A stretch of DNA of 62,269 bases, counting the filler, from Collodictyon triciliatum (Eukaryota): the NCBI GenBank assembly GCA_043381765.1. It is 14 parts of 14 records of this genome, joined end to end, with 100 filler letters (N's around TTAATTAATTAA, not from the genome) between each part and the next. Parts side by side here need not be neighbours in the genome. Positions count along the whole stretch, not along the records: positions 1 to 4,519 come from JBHJMP010006003.1; positions 4,620 to 9,136 come from JBHJMP010006004.1; positions 9,237 to 13,754 come from JBHJMP010006005.1; 11 more parts are not named here. The stretch is one strand, 5' to 3'. Below the pieces are notes generated by a model. That model searched no databases. It was not told where the DNA came from and saw only the letters and a program-made list of their open reading frames with translations. A program made the position numbers and the translations under genes. Below, piece after piece: positions 1 through 12,045 of this stretch (its first letter is position 1; each line of letters starts with the position of its first letter).

Positions 1-106
1 TTTGTCTGTTTGTCTGTTTGTCTGTTTGTCTGTTTGTCTGTTTGTCTGTTTGTCTGTTTGTCTGTTTGTCTGTTTGTCTGTTTGTCTGTTTGTCTGTTTG
101 TTTGTT
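1..106. repeat. (TGTTTGTC)n microsatellite, probably intronic
   Basis: Perfect 8-bp tandem array seen directly. Confidence 0.95.
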
Positions 107-399
107 TCCATATTTGAGGTAAAGGGAGAGAAGCACATATTACATAGACAAGGGTTTCACCTACTTGGCAGGAATATACGCCAGGGTTGCACCCAAAAAG
201 AAAAAGAAGAGAAAAAGAAGAGAAAAAGAAGAGAAAAAGAAGAGAAAAAGAAAGGGAAAAAGAAAGGGAAAAAGAAAGGGAAAAAGAAAGGGAAAAAGAA
301 AGGGAAAAGAAGAGAAAAAGGAAGCGAAAAAGAAAGCGAAAAAGAAAGGGAAGAGAAAAAGAAAGGTACAATATTCACAAGACAATATAAGCATCGAAC

Positions 400-537
400 C
401 TTCTCCAGCACATATGGGATGTGGACGTGAGTGTCGACGAAAGGAACTGCAGAAATGGCTGCCTTTGTGTTGTGCGACATTCTCTGGACTTGGCAGTGCA
501 ATGGACTCCAAAGCCTTTGATACAGAGCACGGATCAT
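400..537 (-). CDS. First exon of a TatD-family (amidohydrolase-fold) DNase-like gene; 3' part missing
   Basis: ATG at 537 gives MIRALYQRLWSPLHCQVQRMSHNTKAAISAVPFVDTHVHIPYVLEK, then a GT donor at 399. FVDTHVH matches the N-terminal DxHxH metal motif of TatD/amidohydrolases. Confidence 0.6.
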
Positions 538-1090
538 GATTTGTTGCTTTGGAGAAGCGTTGATGGTGGGGAGTTGCCTTGCAACTGTGCTCCGTGGCTT
601 CGACTTTCTGGCCTGACCAACCGAGGCAATACGCAACTGCACAATTGACCCCGTGCTATTATGTTCAATGGGCGTGGAGAAATACAGCACGCTGAATTGT
701 TGGCCTTGCAGGAATCGTGGTTCTGTGGGCATTGTATATTACTTCCGTGGTCGAGATTGCTTTGCTGCCTCTCAGAACAAGACAAGAACATAAATTCCAG
801 TATTGGTATGATATTAAATTATTAGATTGAATTATGGTACAAATTTGGAATGAGCCACATAATAGCTTTTGATCAAATCTGAGACAGACCAAAATCACAA
901 TCAGAAGTTGGCTGCGATACTATAAAAACACACCCACAAAGCGAAGGCAACACATCGATATAGAAGGAAACAGTCCATAAGGTTATATGGTGGTTTGGTG
1001 GGCGTACGTATCCTGTTTCCTTACTCAATAAATGCTGATCGAACGGTACAGACAAGGCTTCAACGCGCTGGGCAGCCTGGGAAAGGGCTC

Positions 1091-2206
1091 ATGACGATCA
1101 TTTTTGAAGACAAGTTTGAGGTCACCGAGGTGGACGAGCTAAGGAAATACTTCAACAGAGGTTTCTTTCATACATGAATATACCAGAATTTATCCCCCTT
1201 ATTATTTTTATTATTTTTATTATTTTTTTTTATCATTTTTATTATATTTATCGCTCACCCGGTGCTACAAATTTACATCGACGGCACCTTCCCTTTCTCA
1301 AAGACAAGATAGTAACAAAAAAAAAAAAACAAAAAACAAAAACAAAACGAAACACAAAACAAATCCAACTGAGAGCTCTTAATTCTCTAGTTGCTCGTGT
1401 CGACGCTAAGAGTGACAGCTTTGAAATGAAGATGCAGCTGGACATTAACACCGAACTGGTATTATCTATAATCCCTGACTCCCTGTAATTCGGGACATTT
1501 TGCCATATTTCCTTGAGCATTATGTTACAATGTACTACCTTTCTGACCCTTGGAATCATCCATGCAGTTCCAATTGGCTACAAATGACCAGTTCATCATG
1601 GCTTTAACAAAGTAGTACATTTCACTTTGTCTGACCCCATTTTTTTTGACTCGTATTAAAATCACAGGTAGACATTTCTAATAATTTCGATTGCTTTCAC
1701 TACAGGACGTTGAGCCCAGATGGAGAATCTGCTCGTGACGAGAGTGAGTTTGATCAATCCGGTGCTCCCTCTTATTTGGACGACACGTACAACTGGGAGT
1801 ATGTTATGTATGGAAAGGTCTATCACTTTGTTGAAGCCAAGCACGAGACGTATCCTGAATCAATCTCAATCTCTTACATATACTTGCACGCAATTATGAG
1901 CTGATTACTTTACTTTGACGTTTTATCGGAGACATTTGGGTGTTTATTTCTTCCCATTCGCAATTTATTTATATATGCACATATTTTATATAATTTTTGC
2001 ACGCTTGAATTCTCATCTCCTGTGTTATCATATCAAGAGACCTTTTCCTTGACGAAATTGTCATACATTATCTGTCCTAATTTCAAACCAGTTCCATGTA
2101 CGTATCATTCGGGGGTTTGCTCATGAAGCTCACTGGACTTCCGCAGATGTTTCAGAACATGGAAATCGATACGAAGCTATACATCCTACTTCGAAAGCTC
2201 AAATAG
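1091..2206 (+). CDS. RPB8: DNA-directed RNA polymerases I/II/III shared subunit RPABC3 (RPB8), complete, 5 exons
   Basis: Exons 1091-1160, 1391-1458, 1568-1611, 1706-1849 and 2092-2206 with GT-AG introns splice in frame to MTIIFEDKFEV...LDINTELFQLATNDQFIMALTKTL...EYVMYGKVY...YVSFGGLLMKLTG...LYILLRKLK*. EYVMYGKVY and YVSFGGLLM are RPB8 hallmarks. Confidence 0.96.
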
Positions 2207-2544
2207 CGCCCTTCCATCTCAAAATCAGTTTATCTAGTGTCTTCTACCTTTTCTCTCTGTCTTCTCTCATAACAACGACCCTGAAGAAAGAACTAAAAAA
2301 GATATTTCAAAATGTATAGAGGAGAAGCCTATTAAACATTCTTATTTGCCAAAAAAATAATTATTTTTTTTTGCAAAGAAACAGAAAGAAAAATCATCTT
2401 TTCAGAAAATGGGTCTTATTTGCAACAAGAAAACTGACTCCCAAAACTGGGACTGCACTTTTTAGCAGCAACGGAGAGTGAATGAAGAGCGAGTACGGGG
2501 AGTTGTGCACCTGCGTAAGACGCAGACACAATATGAAGCTTGTG

Positions 2545-4519
2545 GAAAGCTTCGCAAGTTGCGGCCACGTATAATGAAGGCTGAGAAACGATGAGAAATC
2601 CTCCCGGGCTATGCATAAGTCTAGGAAAACCCGTACAAGGAAGCCGCCTGCAAGTCTCTCTGAGCGAACAGTATTTTTGCACGATGTCGAGCAAGTCGTT
2701 TACAACAAGAACAAGACCCGCAGGCTAACAGATGCGCTCGCCTCCTTCTTGAAAGCGAACAAACTTTGGGAAGAGTCCATCCAACTGCGATTACCGGACG
2801 GCAAAGGCCTTTGCCTGATCGCCTTCCGCACTGCAGAAAACACCCGAAAGCTTCTGGAGCTGAAGCAGGTAAGTTTGATCGATATTACGATCAGCTTCAG
2901 CAGAAGTAAACCAACAGAGGCCTCGGTGATGCTCTACCAACTACCACTGGACGTGTGACCGCAACTCCTTCGTGAGGAGCTGAAGCCGCTCAGACCGACC
3001 CACGTGGAGATCAAAAAGGACAAAGGCTTCTTCACAGACACGGCCGTGGTGAAGCTTCTTTGTCACAAGAACCAGCTCCCTGCAAAGCTTACGGTCATGG
3101 GTAAAAAGTGTCCAAAGCGCATCCCCAAAGAGCGTCCGCCAGCCGCGAACAACGAACGACAAGTAAAAGCCCCACAAAAGAATACACCCGCCAACCAGAC
3201 AAGCAGCAACGGGGTCAAGGAAGCCAAGGACAGGCAACAACAGAGCCCGCAAGACTCACAGCAGACACGCGCATACAGCGACAGCGACGATGACATGGAA
3301 GGAAATCTCGGTTCCTCTTCAGAATCCTCGCACTCGGGCCCTCCACCGCCAAATACTGGACAAGCCCGCACATCGCAAGACCCAAGAGCAGCGCATCTCC
3401 AAACCCCGAAAGAAATCCCCCCTTAAACTACCCATTCAGACTGACGTGAATATGGTTAACATAGAAGGCCCCAAGGCAGTTTTCGTTACTTATCCGAAAG
3501 GATACTCCAAAGCGAAGGCAACACAAGAACCAGCGCCCACCAAAGATAGTCCGTTTATTATTCCCCAGCCCGTCGCACCGAGAACCAAGGAGCAAGAGCA
3601 AACAGCACAAGTCGAATCCAAGCTTGTAACTTTTTTTTTCCAAAGACAGTCCGAGCAAGCAAGAGCGAATGTTTCTAAAACCACAAACGCGTATCCATAC
3701 TCCGGTTAAGCAAAGTCCACTGCCGGCTACACATGCCTCTGAAACCAGGGGACGGTCAAGCGCCACTTCCGATAATACCATACAAACAACGATGTATCGC
3801 TTTTTGTCTGAGTCGCCCAGCAAGAAACGCAAGGAAAGTGACCCGCTGTCCCCTCAAATGACTCATCCAGTGGAATGAAATAGGATGTAAACCTTGTCTG
3901 GGATAGACGGTTGAATGGACTCGTCGGAATCGATTTGAGAAGTGACTGCCATGTGCGTACTTTCATCGACCCGACAACTTTATTCGCTTCTTCTGCCAGT
4001 CTCGAATACAACCAGAAACCGCGTTGGAGCTGATTCACCTCGGGTAGAATAGTCTGCGTGTGAGAACGCTTTCTTTTCCTTTCTATCTTGTTTTTTCTCT
4101 TTCTTTTTCTTTCAAAACACAAAAATCCAACCACACAATCCGGGGTTTTCCACTGTCTCATAAACAGCTCATTTTTGTCCTAGAGCCAAAGGCGGTCTCC
4201 TCGGCTTTGTTTTCTTCGAACTCATCATAAGCATAGAAACGAATGAAGAAGGATACTCCAGAGCCCTTATCACACAGCTTGGCACACCACACCATTCGCT
4301 CTCCACAACTTGTCATCCGAAAGTCACAGACATCAATAAATGCGCCCACACTCGAAAGTGGAGACAAATAACACAATAACCAGGCAGAAACATACAAAAC
4401 CAAAAAGCAAAGAGCGGATCTTACTGAGTCGTTTTCACGCCAGCGCGAACCACAACAAAAACCAACCAAAGCGCCACAACCCAAACACACAGGCCCATGT
4501 CGCAGCCCAAGGACGACGA
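2545..4519 (+). mobile_element. Decayed dispersed repeat carrying an L1/Tx1-like ORF1 (frameshifted) plus conserved downstream region
   Basis: ORF pieces 2611-2958, 3004-3426, 3290-3709 and 3669-3878 join across frameshifts. VMLYQLPLDV and DTAVVKLLCHKNQLPAKLTVMGKKC resemble the RRM-type ORF1 of L1/Tx1 elements. Closely similar copies lie at 32812-34045 (+) and 36906-37350 (-). The repeat nature is seen directly; the ORF1 identity is inference. Confidence 0.7.
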
Positions 4520-4619
4520 NNNNNNNNNNNNNNNNNNNNNNNNNNNNNNNNNNNNNNNNNNNNTTAATTAATTAANNNNNNNNNNNNNNNNNNNNNNNNN
4601 NNNNNNNNNNNNNNNNNNN
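4520..4619. other. Artificial contig linker (N44-TTAATTAATTAA-N44), first of 13
   Basis: The same 100-bp linker with a six-frame-stop core occurs at 4520-4619, 9137-9236, 13755-13854, 18368-18467, 22980-23079, 27590-27689, 32198-32297, 36806-36905, 41415-41514, 46021-46120, 50634-50733, 55240-55339 and 59846-59945. The intervening contigs are all 4506-4518 bp, consistent with size-sorted concatenation. Confidence 0.98.
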
Positions 4620-4720
4620 GATTTCAGGCTTCCCTGTATGTTCCATTACAAGTTGTAGGTTATTAGTCGTGCGCTATTTACAATAGATAGAACTTACATG
4701 GGCGATTTCGTTTGAAAGGC

Positions 4721-4817
<97 letters not shown>

Positions 4818-5359
4818 GAACACAAAAAGGTTCATCTGACAAACCTCAAATGTCAACTTTTCTGGCTCAACGGAGGTAGATTTATCAAACCACCATTCCC
4901 AAGGGCAGTCAAGTATCCCGCCATTAAAGTCAATATGAATCGCTTGCGATACTGTTTGTGACGATTCCACAAATGAGCTACTTCGTGAGCTCTGCTGAGA
5001 TACTTCTGCAGAATATGATAACCCGTCTTGGGTAGAACAAACAGACGACCCATCAACCTTAGCACATTAAACCGGATTAAATTTGATTAAAGTAAATTCA
5101 AGAGACTTTCATTGGTATAATAAAATACTAAAGGTTGATGAGCAAATAAGCTCTGCAGTTCATATATTTTATATTTAAAAATATTTAAAAAGTGAAGAAC
5201 CAGACAGGGAAAAAAAATTCAAGTGAGACGAATACATTCAATGATGTTGAGCGAGACCGTTCCTCCGGACTTTGTATACTCGAAGCCTTCGCTGCCTCAG
5301 CAAATTCAAGAAATGATGGTATATTCCCTGTAATCCAGCGATGGATCGTTAATATTAAT

Positions 5360-5423
<64 letters not shown>

Positions 5424-6781
5424 TATGATCTCTTGAAAAACTATGGTTTTCTTTTTACGGTAATGTTCTTCAATACAAAAGAAAAATGATAATAGTTGAA
5501 AGAAATATCTATTACAGACCCGATTTTCTTGATACTCCTATATTCATGGAGGACAGCTGGATGTACAATTCCACAACAGATATGCTTTCCCTGATCGGCA
5601 TCATCTCTGGTTGAGTCGTCTATAAACAAGAAAACTAATCTTTGAGAAATCTTGTCTTTATAAAGATATGGATGAGAATAAATGCGATGGCGTGTTAAAC
5701 ACATATACAATTTAAAGGAGAGATATTCTTTGTACCGAGTGTATGAGAAAGGAATATGGTTATATATAAATATATAAAGGAATTTGAGTTGTTGAGTCAC
5801 CTCTAAATAATCATCTCCAAAGTGAGCCCATGTTTTCCGCTTCGGATTAACCATATCTTTTGGAGAGGATATGTGGGCGCGGGATTCAGTGGGAACCAGC
5901 CAAGAGGAGTCACGCCTTACTGGAGATTCATAGGATATACTCCTCTGAGAGCGTTGCTCATTAGCGCGAGGTTCAGCAAAAGCTGTGTTTCTTCTCTGAA
6001 ATGATTGTAATGGATGTATATTTGTGTTCGTGTTCAACTGCGATTTTTTTGGAGATGTAGGCTGATGTTGGTGATATGGTGGATGAGAAGGCACGGGCCC
6101 GTGCAATATCGATTGAGGCGGAGGCATCAGGAGGCTGCGTGCGTCGGTATCAAAGGGTGGTATTCCGTGATTTGGGTGTGGTTTAAGAGGCTGGTGCTGA
6201 TGTTGATTGATTTGTGAATGGAAACGGCCATCGGGCTCGAGTGGAGATGTTTGTGGGGTGAAGTGGGACGAGTGATGAAGAACATTGAATTCGGTCTGCT
6301 GCGGTGACTGAGGCTGAGAGCGCGAGTGTTGTGACAAAGGTATTTGCGACTGAAAGAACGAGTCTGTTTCAAGCGGTGAGTGCGGCTGCGAATGAGACTT
6401 TGGATAAAGCAATGAGGATGATGGGTAACGATTGCGTGAGTGCATGTAAGACTGCGATTGTGGTTGTGATTGTGAATATGAATGTGATGGGGACAGTAAT
6501 GGCGATTGAGACGACGGAGAGCGGGGAGACTGAGACTTTGGTGATAAGTGTGGAGGAGTTGACGATGTCACAATCACTGGGCTCAGAGAAGACTGCGGCT
6601 GCGCCCCGCTCTGGCCAGACGTTTGGGCCAAGCGCCGAAGCAGCCAAGACGGCGTTGATGAAATCGGCGGCGATGATGACAGGGGCGGCGCTTGTGACCC
6701 TCTGAATGACTGATCTGGGTTGTGACTTTGTGAGCCTCCTCCTCCACTCGCGGGCGGCTTCTCGTCTGGGCGCTCCATCAA
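4620..6781 (-). CDS. 5' part of a multi-exon gene with a long S/P/Q/H-rich disordered N-terminus; function unknown, truncated by contig end
   Basis: A long first exon runs from the start near 6781 to ...FGDDYLE|GT (about 5801). In-frame GT-AG exons follow near 5520-5620 (TTQPEMMPIRES...), 5232-5326, 4845-5057 (...DCPWEWWFDKST...) and 4620-4673. (AAT)n tracts lie within the introns. Confidence 0.7.
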
Positions 6782-8894
6782 GTTGCTAAGCTCGATCTAT
6801 CGACAGGTGAAAGAAAGAACCGGAACACCAGATAAAACAGAGTTAATATATTGAAGAGAGAAAACATGCGCTCAGATCGTTGGTGAAAAGATCGCGCCAG
6901 TCCCCACTGCGTTCCTTGGAGATAAGAGGATGGTAAAGCACAGAGCTCTCTTATTATTTTGCTTGAGGCTAGCGGGGTGCCGCTTTGTCTGGAAGGGCTC
7001 TTGACTTGTGTTTATGATTTGTTCGTGTTGCCTTCTCTTTTTTCTTCTTTTTTGTCTACCTTCTTTCTATTTGCTTGACTTCGGTCATATTTTGTGAGAG
7101 CTATCACTTGGAAAAGGGAGAAAAAAGGGAGAAAAAAGGGAGAAAAAAGGGAGAAAAAAGGGAGAAAAAAGGGAGAAAAAGAGGGGCTGTGAAGCAGGCT
7201 CAAGCGGCCTCGGTCGGGATGAGTAGAGCGGTGGAAAAAAAACAATAATAAATGGATGGGTGACAGGATGAGACATATAGTTTTTTTTTCGCACTCAGCA
7301 AGAAAGCACCATAGAGACAAAAGCTGGTTGTGACAGGATATTTCTCTTTGGCACACACGAAAATAATGGATTTGTGGAATCGAACAGAGGGGACAGCTGC
7401 GATGGGAGCAGGGAAGGAAGAGTAATTCAGTTGAGGTTGGTTGGCGGTTGGGTTGTATGAAGGATAAGGAAAGACAAAAGTTGCGTTGAAAAAGAAAAAA
7501 TTATACAGAGTCCCTTGTCCTATCTATTTTTCCTTCCCTTTCTTTGTTCTTTTTCTTTTTCTTTTTCTTTTTCTTTTTCTTTTTCTTTTCTTTTATTATA
7601 TATTCTTTATATTTTTCCTTCATTATGACTATTATTTTATCCAACAGTTTTGTCTTCAGTGTCTAGGTGGTGTGGTTGCCGTGGCCGCCATCGATGTTTT
7701 GGCCGTGTAATTTTAAAGATGAATGGAGATGAATCGAATAGAGGAAAAAAAGATGAATGTAGATATTCGGTGCGGTTGCAAGGCCTTGTGTTTGACAGGT
7801 TAGAGAGACACAAAGGAACGCGACATATATTTATGCAGGTGTTTTGTGCGTGTGGGCGTATAATGTGCATAATGCGTATAATGCGTTTCAGATAGGGTCA
7901 TCCGACTTTGGTTTGTTTGATATTGCCGAAGCCATTTTGTAATTCATCTGGGGCAGGAGGAAGAGAAGAGAGAAGGAGAGAGGGAGAGAGACGAGGCTTG
8001 TTTGAATGAGGCAGACACACCACAACGAACCAGCTTTTAGTGTTGATTTGGTTTCCAAGTGAGCAAACTTTTGTTCTTTATATACTACGACGTCGCGAAT
8101 GTCACCACAGGTGTCGATTTTCCGAATCCAGTCGTGTTTGATTAAGACACTCGCCCTTATTGGCTTGGTCGATGAAAATCATTTTATCATAGGCCGATGG
8201 ATGTTATTAATTTTTTTCCGGTGGAAAAGAAAAAGCCACATCGCCCGAGGTTTCTAATGATAGAACATGCTTGCTTTTCTGAACCTCAATAAAGGTCTCG
8301 GGTTTCATCAATGCGATTTTATGCCACACCGCAGGAGTTGCGTGTTTGGGCTGGTCTTGATTTGCCTTTGTGCGTATGAAAGAGGAAAGAGGAACCTACA
8401 TGTTGCTATCTCTTGATTAGGTTAAAGATTTGTACTTCCGTGATTCATTACATAACATATAAAATTCCACATAACTTTTGCTGTAATGTGAATTCGAATA
8501 GCGTTCCGGTCAAATAAGATGTCTTCTATTCGTTGGATTTGTGGTCGACCACACAAAAAACGCACATTACGTTTGTATATATTGATTTATATATATGGAC
8601 AATATTTGGGCAAAATTAGTTTATGTGAAAGTTTATGTATATCTATGAATATATATTGTAATTTCCAATTTTTAAAAATATTTGTGGAAATAATTATTTG
8701 AATTTTAAGTCACCGCAATAGTGTTCAGAGTCTTTTGGCAATGAGATCAACACTAATCCCCACGCTTCTTGTGCAATCATTCCCGTCTCTTTCGCTCTTA
8801 CCAATCCTGCAAGACTTTTTCTTTTCCCGATATGATCATCATTCATTCATTTAACTCTTTTGCCACTGCAACTTCAACAGCAGAGAGGTCACTC

Positions 8895-8987
8895 ATGGTG
8901 AGCCAATTATTGGTTGTCTTGACACTCTTTGGGTTGCTTTCCAGCTGCATCGGCAACATCCCAGACGAGCCGAAGTACCGTGTTTAT
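8895..8987 (+). CDS. First exon of a putative secreted protein (signal peptide); rest lost at contig end
   Basis: MVSQLLVVLTLFGLLSSCIGNIPDEPKYRVY followed by a consensus GTAAGT donor. Confidence 0.45.
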
Positions 8988-9946
8988 GTAAGTAACTTAA
9001 AACCATGACAAGTGATGAAGAGCCGAAAAAGAAAAAAATAAAAGAAAGAAATAAAAGAAAGAAATAAAAGAAAGAAATAAAAGAAAGAAATAAAAGAAAG
9101 AAATAAAAGAAAGAAATAAAAGAAAGAAATAAAAGANNNNNNNNNNNNNNNNNNNNNNNNNNNNNNNNNNNNNNNNNNNNTTAATTAATTAANNNNNNNN
9201 NNNNNNNNNNNNNNNNNNNNNNNNNNNNNNNNNNNNCCATTTTGAGTGCTTGGAAGACAGAGTGAGGCGAAGGAAGAATGAGAGATTTGTGAATAATACA
9301 ATACCCAGCCAGTAGAAGAAAGCAACGTGAAAAAGCTCACGACACATATTGGGATGATGCCACCCTTTGACGACTACAGGCTTAAGTTTGTGAGCGAGTG
9401 GAAGGAGATATCAGGATTGAGCTGATTCTAGGGGCATGTCCAAGTGAAGTGGAAGGTAAGAAGAGATGCAAGAATGAAGACGTGATTGACAGAAGCACCG
9501 AATTGGACGGATGTCTTATTGAAGGGTGTGCGAAAAGACAAATATCGCAGGAGTAAAAAGCGGATTGTTTGATGAGGTTTAAAAATGGATGTGTTTCTAT
9601 ATAAATGGCTATTGCAGCGTAAGAGGGGGAGAAAGAGGAAATGTGTGCAAGAGGATGACAAAGGCGATTGATAGAACGAAGGGGCGAAAAAAAAAAACAA
9701 GGTCGATGAAAGGGAGATTGGGTGTGAAAGGGAAAAAATCAACTCCCTGCGGCATTGCATCATCGAGCTTAGCATGCCTATTTGAAAAAGAAGTCTTAGC
9801 TATTTGATCGGTTTAAACAATTTTCGATGTTTCTTGCTCGAAGTTATGCGGATATATAGACCGGCGCAGTGCATACAGTGCACACTCAGTGGGTGCATTC
9901 TCTCATATGTCTTCATACGCTTTTGGTATCATCTCCCTGATATTTC

Positions 9947-10012
<66 letters not shown>

Positions 10013-10032
10013 GTTTTTTTTTTTTTCTCCTT

Positions 10033-10070
<38 letters not shown>

Positions 10071-10744
10071 TTTTTCTTGTTCTTATACTTTTTTCGCTTT
10101 CATCACAAACACATAACTCATATGCATCATAACATAATGACACCCTCATAGACATTTGGTTCGATGTGAAAGCTGAGGCTGAGTTTGCGGGTATATTCGA
10201 GGCTCTCATACATCGAAATGCAATATATCAACAGACAAATACAAAGAGCCTATACCTATGTTTGGTGGCTGATAATCTCTCACTTCTCAAGTATACCTCC
10301 TCCTTCCGTTTCCTTTCGTGTTGCATGCTTTCTTATACCCTTTCCTAGCATTGACAATCTTTCATGCATATATTCCACAACATCCTTGCATTCATTCGTA
10401 GCCGTGATGTTTGGATTGGGATTCATTTTGCTCTGGGTGTTGGCAATATTAGCAAATAGATTATGGGAACAATATTCTTGCTTTCATACATCCATACATC
10501 CATCCATAATATACTAGCACCCTTCGTTCTTTTGCGTATGCTCTTTATTCTATTATTAGTAGAATTGTTCATCACCCACCAGTCCTCTGGCACGCATACT
10601 TGTCCTGAGTAGGACGTCTGTTTACCTCGTTTTCAGCCTCATGTGATTGATTCGACCTGATTATGATATCTTTTTATCACTCGTGCTACGTTATGCATCC
10701 CATCGTATTTTCAAATTTTCCACATTGTAAGACCTGAAAAAGCG

Positions 10745-12045
10745 GGCATGGGGAGAGCAAACGCGAGTATGAGAAGACACTACCGTGGAGAGGCTAGGAC
10801 TGGAAAGAAATCAGTGATAGCGAGTTGGTCAGGTGGGCGTCCCAACTGGTTGATTGGCTGTGTGGGTAGCAGGGGTTGGATATGCTGTGGGAGATATCGC
10901 ACGACACATTCCCGCATCTCTCTTCGCTTGCGGTCAGAGTAGCAAAGAATGGGAGTGTGTTTCAAAAGGCTGTTCAGGAAGCTGTATTGCACGAGGCTCT
11001 CAAGCCTGGATACATTGATTTCTCGTTCGGGCGAATCATTAGAGCGAGACAATGCACGCACACTCCATAAGGACAACAGCATATGTCCCCTTGTGACTGT
11101 CCAGAGTATTCTAGAGTCGTGGGTCATTTGGTATTGTGCGCCAAACAGGATGTTGGACGCGCTGAGTCGATTGGGAGCATAATCAAGCTCAGAGAGCATC
11201 TTGTGGGTAGGCTCTGTCACTTTTTGAGCAAGAGAACACTTAATAAATGTGTGTTCGATATTCATCTCCACTATGGCACATGGTGCATCCTGGAGAGGTC
11301 GTTGCTGCATGGACTACGCGCGCACCTATCCACAGCTCTCTGTTGGAGATATTGAGAAGTAGGGTGCGGTGTTTCGGGAGTAGCTGAGGTATACGGGCTT
11401 GCTTCCAGCTTTTGACTATCGGCGGGTCTATAATGCCTATGGTTTCGGCCCAACGACTCATTTTCTCTAATTTGTAGGATTTGACGGCGATATATTGTAT
11501 CGAAAGAATTTTGATGGCTAGCGAACCAAAGCCAACANNNNNNNNNNNNNNNNNNNNNNNNNNNNNNNNNNNNNNNNNNNNNNNNNNNNNNNNNNNNNNN
11601 NNNNNNNNNNNNNNNNNNNNNNNNNNNNNNNNNNNNNNNNNNNNNNNNNNNNNNNNNNNNNNNNNNNNNNNNNNNNNNNNNNNNNNNNNNNNNNNNNNNN
11701 NNNNNNNNNNNNNNNNNNNNNNNNNNNNNNNNNNNNNNNNNNNNNNNNNNNNNNNNNNNNNNNNNNNNNNNNNNNNNNNNNNNNNNNNNNNNNNNNNNNN
11801 NNNNNNNNNNNNNNNNNNNNNNNNNNNNNNNNNNNNNNNNNNNNNNNNNNNNNNNNNNNNNNNNNNNNNNNNNNNNNNNNNNNNNNNNNNNNNNNNNNNN
11901 NNNNNNNNNNNNNNNNNNNNNNNNNNNNNNNNNNNNNNNNNNNNNNNNGTATACAGAATCTGCCAACACGAGAGCGAAGGCTCGGGTGTGTTTTCGTGAG
12001 CTTTTCGAGGTGCTGTATCACACGACAGCTTTCCGGCCCAGAAAA
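10745..12045 (-). mobile_element. L1/Tx1-like non-LTR retrotransposon, ORF2 3' portion (family A), gapped and frameshifted
   Basis: Encodes ...CTMCHSGD...HTFIKC (C-x2-C-x8-H-x4-C, zf-RVT-like) and ends ...QLAITDFFPVLASPR*. Highly similar to 23080-23540, 26385-26620 and 40195-40915. Sequence beyond the gap (11949-12045) is assigned by inference. Confidence 0.85.
11538..11948. other. Scaffold gap (N run) inside a retroelement copy
   Basis: 411 Ns without the linker core. A second such gap at 32953-33499 also lies inside a retroelement copy. Confidence 0.95.

Noticed and set aside
2-430. K/E-rich or F/L-rich ORFs here and at 9804-10209, 13803-14124, 14596-15076, 45677-46076 and 50392-50961
   Set aside because: They are translations of microsatellites and homopolymers, or run through Ns.
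11271-12021. Long ORFs spanning N gaps (also 32748-33706)
   Set aside because: Their length is due to X residues. The real parts are retroelement fragments already annotated.
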